This document shows positions 48,470 to 58,502 of a DNA stretch of 64,000 nucleotides, piece by piece. The position numbers and the translations under genes were made by a program. Location: contig OZ220696.1 in the NCBI GenBank assembly GCA_965116495.1, positions 832,001 through 896,000 on the forward strand. Reading direction: 5' to 3'. Source of the DNA: Gammaproteobacteria bacterium (GTDB lineage: Bacteria > Pseudomonadota > Gammaproteobacteria > Eutrophobiales > Eutrophobiaceae). The notes beneath the pieces are model-generated. The model was not told the origin of the DNA and ran no database searches. It saw nothing but the letters and a program-made list of their open reading frames with translations. The stretch's first letter is position 1, and every line of letters begins with the position of its first letter.

Positions 48470-49425
48470 TCTGCGTGGACAATGCCCGCGGCGATACCGA
48501 GTTCCGGCGCAAGGGTGTAGAAATCCCGGACCGGCAGTTTACCGCCGGCTGCCCTGTGAGCGGCGGCTGCGGCAATCCAGGTATGCAGTTCCATGGAACC
48601 GATACCACCCTGTTCAACCAGTTCGCACTGGTCCCAATCATCGTATGCTTCCAGCCTGTTATGCGTGAGCAGGTCCAGGAAACGCCGGTCCGATTCCGCA
48701 TTCAATCGCATGTCCCCGGCAGTGCGTTCACCGCGCGCGATCATCTCTGCGCCTTCATGGTGCATCACCTCCAGCCGTTCCAGCCACTGTGCGGGAGTCA
48801 GGGAACCGGGGTCACCCCCACCCGACAGTTTCCAGGCTTCCACCGCCTCTTCACCCGCGCCGTGTTCCGGATAATACCGGGTTGGGTGGTGCGACATGCC
48901 GCCTGAGGCCAGAAACAGCACTTTCCTGTTCAGGGTAAGGGCAAAGCGTCCTATTGCCTCTCCCAGCATGCGGGTGCGCCTGAAAGGCACAAACGGCGTG
49001 GTGATGCAGTTGATAAAGACAGGGATGACCGGACGCTCCGTCAAGCTGCCGAGCATGATGTTGATGGTTTGGGAAAAAGCATGGTCAATGGTCATGCGGT
49101 AGGATACCGAACTATCGACATCGTGCTCGCGCAGGTATTCGATACAGGCTATAGCTGTTTTCTCCGGCACGTTTAGCGGACCGGCAAACCCGCCGATATC
49201 GCCGCTTGCCTCGGCGCTCAGGCCCACGCAGAAGGCCGGCATGGTCTTGAGGAAAAACCCGTTGAAGTGGTCCGAGCCGAAGGCAAACACCAGTTCAGGG
49301 TCAAATTCGGATATGGCTTGCGCTCTCGCGGCAAAGGCGCGTTGCAGCCCGTCCCAGTCTTTCGGCTCCCTGGCATAACAATACAACAGGGGAGAATGTG
49401 AAGCGCACACCAGTGCAGTGGTCAT
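48466..49425 (-). CDS. mhpB: 3-(2,3-dihydroxyphenyl)propionate-type extradiol dioxygenase (LigB family)
   Basis: ASHSPL, FGSDHFNGFF, IDHAFSQ, SGGMSH, ELHTWIAA; start placed at ATG 49425. Confidence 0.85.
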   Translation of the reverse strand: MTTALVCASHSPLLYCYAREPKDWDGLQRAFAARAQAISEFDPELVFAFGSDHFNGFFLKTMPAFCVGLSAEASGDIGGFAGPLNVPEKTAIACIEYLREHDVDSSVSYRMTIDHAFSQTINIMLGSLTERPVIPVFINCITTPFVPFRRTRMLGEAIGRFALTLNRKVLFLASGGMSHHPTRYYPEHGAGEEAVEAWKLSGGGDPGSLTPAQWLERLEVMHHEGAEMIARGERTAGDMRLNAESDRRFLDLLTHNRLEAYDDWDQCELVEQGGIGSMELHTWIAAAAAHRAAGGKLPVRDFYTLAPELGIAAGIVHAD

Positions 49426-49760
49426 GACTGCCTGCCCTGGTAAAACACCCGGTACAGCAACGGATACAACAGCAAGGAGACAATGATCGCAGTGATAAAT
49501 TCGACCGGGATAATTGTGTTCAAAATGTAGTGAGACAGGATAAATAAACTGATAATGGTTATGACGCCGGACAGCAAGGCAATTTTCATGCCGGCTATGA
49601 ATGTGATCAGCGCGCCGACGTAAACTTGCACCAGGGTGGTAACGATGCCGACCGTATTCCAGGACATGGCAAGCCAGCCGTGCCGTTCGCCGTCTGGGAC
49701 CCGTTCCAGCGCGTGATCTTCGATAATGTCGTGGATTGACTGGGGCGCGCTCATGGTCAT
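49422..49760 (-). pseudogene. Internally deleted purine-cytosine (NCS1) permease
   Basis: N-terminus EDHALERVPDGERHGWL plus two helices joined in frame to a C-terminal helix pair; 112 aa versus >400 aa for the family. Confidence 0.65.
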
Positions 49761-49830
49761 TCATTCCCGGTTGTTATATTTTTTCACTTGCGCATAATAG
49801 AACAAAATACAATGTACCGGCAGGATAATC

Positions 49831-50802
49831 ATGAGTAAGGCGATATTTGTCAATGAATGCGGCGGCCCCGGGGTCCTGTCATACCAGGACTACGATACCG
49901 GTCAGCCTGGTCCGGGTGAAGTACTGGTCCGTAACACTGCCATCGGCGTAAACTACATCGATACGTATTACCGTTCCGGGTTATACCCGGCCGCACTACC
50001 ACTGATACCCGGCGACCAGGCTGCCGCTGTCGTCGAAGCAACAGGCCCGGAAGTCAACGATTTCAAGCCGGGGGACCGGGTTGCCTATGCATCGAAGCCT
50101 CTGGGCGCTTACGTGGATGAACGCGTGATAGATGCGGACCTACTGGTGCCGTTACCGGACGGCATTTCCGATGAGGTTGCAGGGGCTACGTTGACCCGTG
50201 GTCTGACCGTAGAATACCTGACACACAGGTTGTATGAGTTGCGGGCGGGGGAGACTGTACTGGTACACGCGGCGGCAGGCGGTGCGGGAAGAATTCTCTG
50301 CCAGTGGGCAGACAATATCGGTGCTAAAGTGATCGGCACGGTGGGGTCCGAAGAGAAAATGGACATTGCCCGGGAAAATGGTTGCACGGAGGTTTTGTTG
50401 CACCAGGAAGATTTTGTCCCGCAGGTAAGAGAACTGACGGGAGGGGAGGGCGTCGATGTCGCCTATGACTCGATCGGCAAGGCCACGTTCATGAAATCGC
50501 TGGACTGCATAAAGCCCAGGGGCATGATGGTCAGCTTCGGCAATGCTTCGGGGAAACCGGACTCCCTGGACGTCCTGGAACTGGCAAAACGCGGCTGCCT
50601 GTTCCTGACCCGGCCGACGTTGTACGGCTACACCAGTATCAGAGACGATTTACTGCTGTCCGCCAGTCGCTATTTCACGGCCATAACCGGCGATTTGCTG
50701 CATGTGGAAGCAGGCGTGCCTTTCCCGTTGAAAGACGCAGCAGAGGCGCACCGTCACCTTGAGGACCGCTCCATAGTCGGGTCCCCGATACTTATACCTT
50801 AA
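49831..50802 (+). CDS. qor: NADPH:quinone oxidoreductase (MDR family)
   Basis: GVNYIDTYYRSGLY, HAAAGGAG, YDSIGKATF, SFGNASG. Confidence 0.9.
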   Translation: MSKAIFVNECGGPGVLSYQDYDTGQPGPGEVLVRNTAIGVNYIDTYYRSGLYPAALPLIPGDQAAAVVEATGPEVNDFKPGDRVAYASKPLGAYVDERVIDADLLVPLPDGISDEVAGATLTRGLTVEYLTHRLYELRAGETVLVHAAAGGAGRILCQWADNIGAKVIGTVGSEEKMDIARENGCTEVLLHQEDFVPQVRELTGGEGVDVAYDSIGKATFMKSLDCIKPRGMMVSFGNASGKPDSLDVLELAKRGCLFLTRPTLYGYTSIRDDLLLSASRYFTAITGDLLHVEAGVPFPLKDAAEAHRHLEDRSIVGSPILIP

Positions 50803-50980
50803 TGGGAATTACGAATTAGGAATGAATAGTTCATCTGCAGCGGAACTTGATCAACACCCTTGCCCCTCCAATTCGTGATAAAGACAACAAAGCCAGAACA
50901 TCCTCAGTGGGTTGTAAGTATTGCTTTAGCCTGATAACTATAGTATGATTTTCTGTAACAGTAATTCATACGAGAAAATC

Positions 50981-51196
50981 ATGAGAATTTCTGAACGAGG
51001 CCAGATTACCATTCCCAAGCAGCTGAGAGACCGCTTCGGCATGGGCTGTAACGTCGAGGTCGAGATTACTCCGACCGATGACGGCCTGCTCATCCGGAAA
51101 CAAACAGCTTCTCAACACCCGGTAGAACGGGTGTACGCTATCCTGGGACGCGACGGCAATACTGACGATTACATTGAAGAAATCCGCGGAAGGTGA
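50981..51196 (+). CDS. AbrB/MazE-fold antitoxin (VapB-type)
   Basis: MRISERGQITIPKQLRDRFG; overlaps the toxin start (GTGA). Confidence 0.9.
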   Translation: MRISERGQITIPKQLRDRFGMGCNVEVEITPTDDGLLIRKQTASQHPVERVYAILGRDGNTDDYIEEIRGR

Positions 51197-51588
51197 TCAG
51201 CGCCGTTGACACCAGCGTCCTTCTGGATGTATTTCTCCCGGACAAGCGCCACGGCCCCAGGTCTAAAGAGTGGCTTCGAGACGCCTATGATCGTGGGGCA
51301 ATTCTTGTCTGCGATGTGGTCTATGCGGAACTGGTGTCGGCATTCGAGGGCCGCAGCAAGCTCGACGAAGCGTTGAGAGAAATCAACGTAAAGATCTCTC
51401 CGCTCGATACTTCTATTGCTTATGAGGCCGGATTGCGCTGGTTGCGATACCGCCAAGCTGGCGGACCGAGAACGCGGATTATTACTGACTTCCTGATCGG
51501 CGCCCATGCCACTGCTCTGGCCGATACCTTCATTACCCGAGACCGCGGTTTCTATGAAACTTATTTCCCGGAGTTGAGAGGCTTCTGA
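51193..51588 (+). CDS. vapC: PIN-domain VapC toxin
   Basis: VDTSVLLD, VYAEL, DFLIGAHA, TRD acidic tetrad. Confidence 0.92.
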   Translation: MISAVDTSVLLDVFLPDKRHGPRSKEWLRDAYDRGAILVCDVVYAELVSAFEGRSKLDEALREINVKISPLDTSIAYEAGLRWLRYRQAGGPRTRIITDFLIGAHATALADTFITRDRGFYETYFPELRGF

Positions 51589-51601
51589 TATGATTTGATC
51601 G

Positions 51602-52858
51602 ATGCGTTTCTATGCCGATCTTCATATCCATTCTAAATATTCCCGCGCCACCAGCAAGGATTGTGACCTGGAGCACCTGAGCTTCTGGGGACAGAAAAAA
51701 GGCATCAGCGTAATCGGCACGGGTGACTTTACCCACCCGGCCTGGTTCGGACAAATAAAGGAAAAACTGGTACCGGCAGAGCCGGGGTTGTTCCGTTTGC
51801 GCGCAGATATTGACAGGGAAGTGACGGGGAAATTACCGGGAAGTTGTCACGGTATAACTCGTTTTATGTTATCGGTCGAGATATCGACTATTTACAAAAA
51901 AGGTGACAAGACACGCAAGATCCATCACCTGATCTATGCGCCCACCCTGGCGCAGGCCGAATTCATTAACCGGAAACTCGACCGCATCGGTAATATCAAG
52001 TCTGACGGACGTCCTATCCTGGGACTGGATTCCCGTCATTTACTGGAAATTGTGCTGGAGGCAGGGGAGGGCTGTTACCTGGTGCCTGCCCATATCTGGA
52101 CGCCCTGGTTTGCCGTGCTTGGGTCAAAATCCGGGTTTGATTCCATCGGTGAGTGTTACGGCGACCTGGCAGAGCATATCTTTGCCGTGGAGACCGGACT
52201 CTCGGCCGACCCGGAAATGATACGGCTGGTCTCCGACCTGGACCGTTACTGCCTGGTCTCCAATTCGGATGCGCATTCCCCGGCAAAACTGGGACGGGAG
52301 GCGTGTATCTTCACTACCGGACTGGATTATTTTTCCATGCGCCGGGCTCTGGAAACGGGTGATGGTTACGGCGGCACCGTGGAGTTTTTCCCGGAAGAGG
52401 GCAAGTACTACCTGGACGGACACCGCAAATGCAATATCCGCCTGATACCTGAAGAGAGTCGCAAACTCGACGGTATCTGTCCGGCGTGTCACAAGCCGTT
52501 AACCCTGGGTGTGATGCACCGCGTGCAGGAACTGGCAGACCGGACAAGTGAGAAAAAACTGGAGAATACCGACTCCTTCGTCAGCCTGGTTCCGTTGCCG
52601 GAGGTGGTAGCCGAAACGGCAGGCGTGGGACCAGCCACTAAACGGGTGGCAAAACACTATGATCAGTTGTTATACAAACTGGGCGCAGAGCTACCGATTT
52701 TGAATGACATCCCCCTGGAAGAGATCCGGAATCATTCCGGTTCCCCGCTGATCCCCGAGGCAGTCGCACGTATGCGCAAGGGAAATGTAATCCGTGAAGC
52801 CGGTTACGATGGCGAATACGGCAGGATCAAACTGTTCCATGAAGATGAATTGAAATAA
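51602..52858 (+). CDS. Endonuclease Q-like PHP-domain protein (TIGR00375-like)
   Basis: DLHIHSKYSRATS, GTGDFTHP, PAHIWTPW, ETGLSAD, SNSDAHS, GKY..DGHRKC..CPAC, GYDGEYG. Confidence 0.85.
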   Translation: MRFYADLHIHSKYSRATSKDCDLEHLSFWGQKKGISVIGTGDFTHPAWFGQIKEKLVPAEPGLFRLRADIDREVTGKLPGSCHGITRFMLSVEISTIYKKGDKTRKIHHLIYAPTLAQAEFINRKLDRIGNIKSDGRPILGLDSRHLLEIVLEAGEGCYLVPAHIWTPWFAVLGSKSGFDSIGECYGDLAEHIFAVETGLSADPEMIRLVSDLDRYCLVSNSDAHSPAKLGREACIFTTGLDYFSMRRALETGDGYGGTVEFFPEEGKYYLDGHRKCNIRLIPEESRKLDGICPACHKPLTLGVMHRVQELADRTSEKKLENTDSFVSLVPLPEVVAETAGVGPATKRVAKHYDQLLYKLGAELPILNDIPLEEIRNHSGSPLIPEAVARMRKGNVIREAGYDGEYGRIKLFHEDELK

Positions 52859-52875
52859 ACAAGAGTTCAAAAAAC

Positions 52876-54027
52876 ATGGCCATCACTTCTTCCGCCAAGC
52901 CGAAGCATCCGCCTGACTTCATGGAGGGAGCCACTTGCCTGCCGGCAAGCTGTTACACAGACCAGGCGCGGTTTGAACAGGAAATCGAATGCTGTTTTCG
53001 CTCAGGCTGGATCAGTATCGCTACCACTCAACAGCTTCTCTCTCCCGGGGAAATATTACCTGTCAATGCCGCCGGCGAACCATTGATAATCACCCGTGAC
53101 AGCCAAAACCAGGTTCACGTTTTTTATAATATTTGCCGTCACCGGGGATTAAAGCTGGTTGATGGCGAACTGCCGCAAAAATGCAGCGGACTACTCAGTT
53201 GTCCATATCACAGCTGGGGTTATACCCTCGATGGAAGACTGATGGTAACTCCTTATTTCGATGGCAATAAAGATTCAGGACCTGATAACACTATAAAGGA
53301 GAAATCGGGTTTATTGCCCGTCCGATTTGCCGTATGGGCTGACATAATATTTGTGAATTTGTCTGGCAAAGCACCACCATTCGAGGAATTCATCGCCCCG
53401 CTACAACAACGCTGGCAACATTTTGATCTTTCCTTGCTTCGACTTGCTTATTCGAATAGATACACAGTCTCATCAAACTGGAAGCTCGCCTGTGAAAATT
53501 TTCTGGATACCTACCATGTCCCCTGGGTACACAGCCGGCTGGGAGGCCCTGATGAAATGTTTTCAGGTCTGGAGTTTACCTATCTCAGTGATGATATCTT
53601 TGGATTTATCAAGCCTGATTTTGATCGCAGGCGTGATCAGGCAGAATTTGTACCAACCCTGTTTCCCGGCATCGAAGCGCGTTTCGAATATGCACTCGAT
53701 CTTATTTTCATTTTCCCGAATACACTCCTCATGATTACGCCGAGCTGGTTTCAACTCATCAGCCTGGCGCCACAAGGCACGGCGCTAACACAGGAACTAC
53801 TAACCGGATACCTGGTAGGAGACGATATGATGTCAGGTTCTTTGGAAGAGTTTCGTGCCGGCTTTTGCGACCTGCTTAATGAAATCAACACGCAGGACGT
53901 TGTCATCCTTGAGAAATTGCAGGCCGGGCGAAAAACAGCGGCAGCAGACCATGGTCAGTACGCGCCTTACTGGGATCAGCTCAGCGAACGATTGGCACAG
54001 CGTATCCTGCATGCGGTTAAAGCATAA
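52876..54027 (+). CDS. Rieske oxygenase alpha subunit (choline monooxygenase-like group)
   Basis: CRH...CPYH; NWKLACENFLDTYHVPWVH; QD. Confidence 0.88.
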   Translation: MAITSSAKPKHPPDFMEGATCLPASCYTDQARFEQEIECCFRSGWISIATTQQLLSPGEILPVNAAGEPLIITRDSQNQVHVFYNICRHRGLKLVDGELPQKCSGLLSCPYHSWGYTLDGRLMVTPYFDGNKDSGPDNTIKEKSGLLPVRFAVWADIIFVNLSGKAPPFEEFIAPLQQRWQHFDLSLLRLAYSNRYTVSSNWKLACENFLDTYHVPWVHSRLGGPDEMFSGLEFTYLSDDIFGFIKPDFDRRRDQAEFVPTLFPGIEARFEYALDLIFIFPNTLLMITPSWFQLISLAPQGTALTQELLTGYLVGDDMMSGSLEEFRAGFCDLLNEINTQDVVILEKLQAGRKTAAADHGQYAPYWDQLSERLAQRILHAVKA

Positions 54028-54202
54028 AACGCCGGATTGGATCAAGGATTAATTTCCGGCTTTTCCCAGTAATTCCAGCGATTACTCCTTAAACAGAAAA
54101 TCCGGTAAGAGTCCCAGATGGATTTATTCTAAAACCATTGTTTATTTATAAGAGCGGGGGATTGCAAGGCCAGCCTTGTCATCCACTGGCGCAATCTGCG
54201 GG

Positions 54203-55525
54203 TCAAAGAGGAAAACGCCCGCTCAGATATAATGGATAACTATGCATGGCCGTTTTATGGTTGATTTCAAGATTTCGGGCGCTCAAGCGTGTTCGATAGG
54301 GTGGGGCATAGCGTCGCGCAAAGACATTAAGACTTTTTAATTTACCGGATTTCCCCGCTTTCACTTCAATCGGCAGAACCTGGCCGTCTGTTTCCAGCAT
54401 GAACTCAACCTCTGCCGTATTGTGCATCCAGCAATAAAGTGTTTTACCACTGGCTTGTGTTAATTCCTGGGCAACAAAATTCTCACAAAACGCGCCCCTG
54501 AACGTCGCAAACAGTTCAGCCCCCGTATATAGCGCAGCGGGTGAGAGCTGGGCCATGGCGCCCAGCAATCCAGTGTCAAACATGTACAGCTTGAACCGGT
54601 TTTCCTGGGCGAATGCCGAAAAAGGCAACTCTCCGGTGCTGGCGATAGGCGTCTTGATGACCAGACCCGCGCCGGCCAGCCAGTCAATGGCGCTGTGCAG
54701 GGTTGGGTAACTCCCTCCGGATACCGCCTTTGACGGCATAAACTTTTTATTTTCTTTGGCAAGCTGTGCCGGTATGGATGAAAATACCGCTAAAATTCGA
54801 TCCGACCTGAGCGGGCCGGCATACTTGGCAAAATCCCGCACGTAGGCATCCAGCAGGTCCCGTTGCCGGGCGCGCGCTTGTTCAAATGCTTCCCGGCGGT
54901 GTGCGCGGTTTCTCCTGTAAACGTCCACCACTTCCGGCAAGCCGCCAATAACAAAATATTCTTTCAGCAGTCTCAGGAGGTTTTCGTGGATAAGCTCCGG
55001 AATTCGGGTGTCCCGGGCAATATCCTGCAAATAAGCGAGCATTCTTGTCTCGCCAATGGCTCCTGCAAACTCCATAAACGACAACGGGTAAAGATCCAGG
55101 AAGGTGGCCTTGCCGACGGGAAAGGAATCGTCCGCGTGGACAAGTCCCAACAACGAACCGGCACAGCAAAGGGCCAGTTCAGGCATTTTCTCACAAAAGT
55201 ACTTGATGCTGGTAAGGGCGCGGGGGCAATCCTGTATTTCATCGAATATGACCAAGTCGGTTTGTATATCAATATCAGCGTCGAGGAAAAACTCCAATGA
55301 CTCGATAATGCCGTTTGGAGACAAAGAGCCTTGGAATAAAGTGTTAAGTTCCGGGTTCTCCTGAAAGTCTGCAACGTGGCAGGCCGGAAAATGCAGTTTG
55401 CCAAATTCCTTCAATATATATGACTTGCCGGTTTGTCTGGCTCCCCTCAGCACAAGCGGTTTCCGTGCAGACGCCTGTTTCCAGGCGATCAGGTCCTGGG
55501 TGATGTCGCGGGTTATGGAATCCAT
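54203..55525 (-). CDS. AAA_14 ATPase with C-terminal DUF4143 nuclease-like domain
   Basis: GARQTGKS, FDEIQ, GGLPEV, KLYMFDTGL, ENFVAQEL, EVEF...IEVKAG. Confidence 0.88.
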   Translation of the reverse strand: MDSITRDITQDLIAWKQASARKPLVLRGARQTGKSYILKEFGKLHFPACHVADFQENPELNTLFQGSLSPNGIIESLEFFLDADIDIQTDLVIFDEIQDCPRALTSIKYFCEKMPELALCCAGSLLGLVHADDSFPVGKATFLDLYPLSFMEFAGAIGETRMLAYLQDIARDTRIPELIHENLLRLLKEYFVIGGLPEVVDVYRRNRAHRREAFEQARARQRDLLDAYVRDFAKYAGPLRSDRILAVFSSIPAQLAKENKKFMPSKAVSGGSYPTLHSAIDWLAGAGLVIKTPIASTGELPFSAFAQENRFKLYMFDTGLLGAMAQLSPAALYTGAELFATFRGAFCENFVAQELTQASGKTLYCWMHNTAEVEFMLETDGQVLPIEVKAGKSGKLKSLNVFARRYAPPYRTRLSARNLEINHKTAMHSYPLYLSGRFPL

Positions 55526-55880
55526 AAATTAAATATACAGGAAAAAATCACCATATAAATTATATTTCATACGAAAAATTAGAAAATATCATAGATTTAC
55601 CTATGAATAAATCTGATCCTGCAATTTCTTACCGGAATTGGCGCTTCACCTCCCAGGTCTTTAATACACCACTTGACCAAAGCCCGGTCAAAGACGGGGA
55701 TTGCGTTTCAAGTAATGTAGACATTATTTACTCGTATCAACCTCACGTTTTTCTTGTAAAATAGTATAATCTCCTCAGCATTTTAAATGATGTGAAATTA
55801 TGAAAGTATTAGCGCCTCAAGGAAGCAAGAAGGGATCAAATTATCCCCAATCATCGCGGAGATAAGGGGAGCGCGTGTCT

Positions 55881-56154
55881 GTGCCAGATTTGAATTTATT
55901 CGATAACCCCTACATGGTAGTGGGTTTACTTGTTCCCGGCCTCATTGTTCTTTCTGTTCGGTCACAGTTTCTGACCGGACGAAGGCCATCTCATTAGCGA
56001 GCGTGATATCTATATTCAGTGGACTTACGACATTGATGATCAAGACAATTGGTCCTCGCGTGGTGAGAATGGTGTTCTCATTGCCGCGGGTGAAGTCCAG
56101 ACGATAGAATTTTGGCCCTACAATCCACAGGAGGATGCCAATGAGCAAGAGTGA
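55881..56154 (+). pseudogene. Internally deleted DUF6338-like membrane protein gene
   Basis: 55881-55997 gives MPDLNLFDNPYMVVGLLVPGLIVLSVRSQFLTGRRPSH*; another frame from 55996 gives SERDIYIQWTYDIDD..W...GVLIAAGEVQTIEFW..*; these match the family's N- and C-termini as I recall them. Confidence 0.55.
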
Positions 56155-56332
56155 CAATTCAACTTCGGCACCACGTCCAACCTCATCCAATAAGGGACAT
56201 CAATCTATACCCCTAAAGAAAGGCTACGTACCCGACCAGCAACGTGGACACCAACCTGTTACCAGCCAGCGTGTTCCAGCCAATCCACCTTCAAATCCAC
56301 CGAATCAGGGGACTGGAGGGAAGAATGGCTGA
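56141..56332 (+). CDS. Small Pro/Gly/Gln-rich hypothetical protein
   Basis: GGAGG ribosome-binding site; overlaps the end of the DUF6338-like frame; repeated (K/R)G(H/Y)xP-like motifs and PPNQGTGG end. Confidence 0.5.
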   Translation: MSKSDNSTSAPRPTSSNKGHQSIPLKKGYVPDQQRGHQPVTSQRVPANPPSNPPNQGTGGKNG

Positions 56333-56390
56333 AATAGTGTCATTACCAAGATAATTCAGGGTGATGCTTCATTTATAATTTGAAGCTAAA

Positions 56391-58502
56391 TCATCTCCCC
56401 TCTAAAAAATCCTCAAAAAATTCCGATACCGGTTCAACCCCGGATATCAGCAGGCGATCTCTCGCCCGGGTACAGGCAACGTAGAACAGGTGTCGCTCAG
56501 TTTCATACACTTCGTCCAGTTCGTCTTCATCGGCAACAGTTTCAATGCGCTCCTGTGAGGGCAGAATGTCATCGTCGCAGGCCATCACTACAACAGCCTG
56601 GAATTCCAGGCCTTTTGCCAGATGCATAGTGGCGATGGAGATACGGCCATCCCGGTCTTCCACCCGGTTGGAAAGTTCCAGGGGTGTTTGTTCTGCCAGC
56701 TTGACTACCTCACGGGCACGCGGCAATTCATTGTTGCTGCGTACAAATATGCCAACCTCTTCCGGATTTATCCCGTCCTCTATGATTTTCCGTACCCAGG
56801 CAGCCACTTCTTCGGTTTCCTGGTGGGCGTCATCAAATGTCTTGACTTCAGGTTCGAGGCCGTTGAAAACCGAAATAACGTCCCGCCGGTTTTCCTCGTT
56901 TCCATCCACATCCCTGATGACATCCGGCAGGAGCCGATCAGCTGCTCTCCTGATCTGGTGGGATGTGCGGTAATTGACTTTCAGGGTGTGGGAACGCCCG
57001 CGTATGTCGACACCCAGCGCCTTCCATGAGAAAGGCCGCTGGAAGATACGCTGGCCGATATCGCCGCTGAAGAACAGCGCATCAGGGTTGTCCGCTTTCA
57101 TCGCTGTAAACAGCCTGAGTTCGGGTACGCCCAGGTCCTGGACCTCATCGACAATGATATGGGTAAAAGGTTTATGCTCCTGTGTAGCGAAATATGCCGT
57201 CACCTCTCTGCAAATCTCCGGCCAGGTATGTAGCCCTTGCCTGGTGAGTAACTCCCGACAGCGAGCGAACACCGGCCAGGCTCTTTCCCGTTGTCCTGAA
57301 CTGATGCGGCTGCGGCGTCCGATACGCGGCACGTTCTGGTAGATTTCCAGGCTATCAACCTGCCAGGCATCGATGACATTGCGCCATTCAGAGACAAGAA
57401 ATTGAATGGTGAATTTCGTATTCTCAAGCTCGTTTGCTGCCGTTTCCAGCGCTCGTTTTACCTGTTCTTCCTTAGCAATTCTGGGCGTGCGGCCGAATGC
57501 AAGTGTGTAAAGTTCAATCGCAACCCGCTCGAACGGCAGGATTGTCACATTGGTATTCCCGTTACCGGTCAGCACACTCAACTTATGTTTCAATGCGTTG
57601 GCAAGGGGCAGGGAAAAGGTTGTCAGAAGAACTTTGGCTTGCCTGTCTTTCTGCAAAATCGCAGCAGCGCGGTGCAGTGTCACCACGGTTTTTCCCGTTC
57701 CCGCTGAACCGGACACGCGGGCTGGGCCATTGAATTGCCGATCCACCAGGCGCCGTTGCGAGGGATGGAGGAATATCGCCCATTGTTCCCAGGGGTAAGC
57801 CAGTGCTCGTTCCAGTTCTTCCATATTTTCCATTACCCGAAACCGGCGTTGCGCATCCGGGTGCTCAAAAGGATCGGTTCCGGGAATTACAGGCGCTGGC
57901 TGGGGCAGGGCGCCGGTGCTGACATAGTCGAGCAACGCTTCAGACGCCTCAGCCGGCAGGTGCTCGGCAATGTCGAGAAACCCATCTTCCGAGGCTTGCA
58001 GAATATTCTCAACCCAGTCCTCGGGCACACCGACACCAAGTAACGCTTGTTCTGACAAACTGAAAAATGGACCTGGAAGGTAAGGCTGGTCTGGAGTATC
58101 GGCAACGCTATACGCTAATGTATCCATATCTTCGAAGTAAGGTATTGCAACCTTTTCAACCCGCTCAGGCACCTCAATTACCTGAACAGCGCCGGTTTTA
58201 GGATGGGTTTCAATTCGTCTTCGTTCCGTCCATTGATAGGCTTCATCGTGGTGACCGACATAACATATTAAAAAGCTGTTTTCGGTCTTGTGGACGATTA
58301 CCCGGATGTCCATGTTTACGCTAACAGACCAGAAGTGCGGATCTCTGGAGCCAGAAACACGGTGTAACCGCAAACCAGTCGCTGCTGGGTTTTGCTGCAA
58401 GTCAAAAACCGTAATCTTTGCAGCTTTCTGTTCCTGGCCTTTCAGCTTGTCCAGTGCTTTTGAAAAGCTTTTTGCGATGAGGAACTGCGCCGGTTCGGTC
58501 AC
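56391..58502 (-). CDS. UvrD-like SF1 helicase with N-terminal RelE/ParE-like domain
   Basis: FLHPSQ, GSAGTGKT, IVDEVQD, GDIGQRIF, NYRT, HLAKGLEF, YVACTRAR; first ~95 aa follow a RelE-like pattern ending YVGHHDEAY. Confidence 0.85.
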   Translation of the reverse strand: MTEPAQFLIAKSFSKALDKLKGQEQKAAKITVFDLQQNPAATGLRLHRVSGSRDPHFWSVSVNMDIRVIVHKTENSFLICYVGHHDEAYQWTERRRIETHPKTGAVQVIEVPERVEKVAIPYFEDMDTLAYSVADTPDQPYLPGPFFSLSEQALLGVGVPEDWVENILQASEDGFLDIAEHLPAEASEALLDYVSTGALPQPAPVIPGTDPFEHPDAQRRFRVMENMEELERALAYPWEQWAIFLHPSQRRLVDRQFNGPARVSGSAGTGKTVVTLHRAAAILQKDRQAKVLLTTFSLPLANALKHKLSVLTGNGNTNVTILPFERVAIELYTLAFGRTPRIAKEEQVKRALETAANELENTKFTIQFLVSEWRNVIDAWQVDSLEIYQNVPRIGRRSRISSGQRERAWPVFARCRELLTRQGLHTWPEICREVTAYFATQEHKPFTHIIVDEVQDLGVPELRLFTAMKADNPDALFFSGDIGQRIFQRPFSWKALGVDIRGRSHTLKVNYRTSHQIRRAADRLLPDVIRDVDGNEENRRDVISVFNGLEPEVKTFDDAHQETEEVAAWVRKIIEDGINPEEVGIFVRSNNELPRAREVVKLAEQTPLELSNRVEDRDGRISIATMHLAKGLEFQAVVVMACDDDILPSQERIETVADEDELDEVYETERHLFYVACTRARDRLLISGVEPVSEFFEDFLEGR

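Noticed and set aside
48466-49764. 432-aa ORF as an MhpB with a novel N-terminal domain
   Set aside because: The first 113 codons are an alternative frame of the permease remnant; MhpB homology starts at ATG 49425.
55628-55724. Short minus-strand ORF MSTLLETQSPSLTGLWSSGVLKTWEVKRQFR
   Set aside because: 31 codons with no recognisable family; insufficient support.
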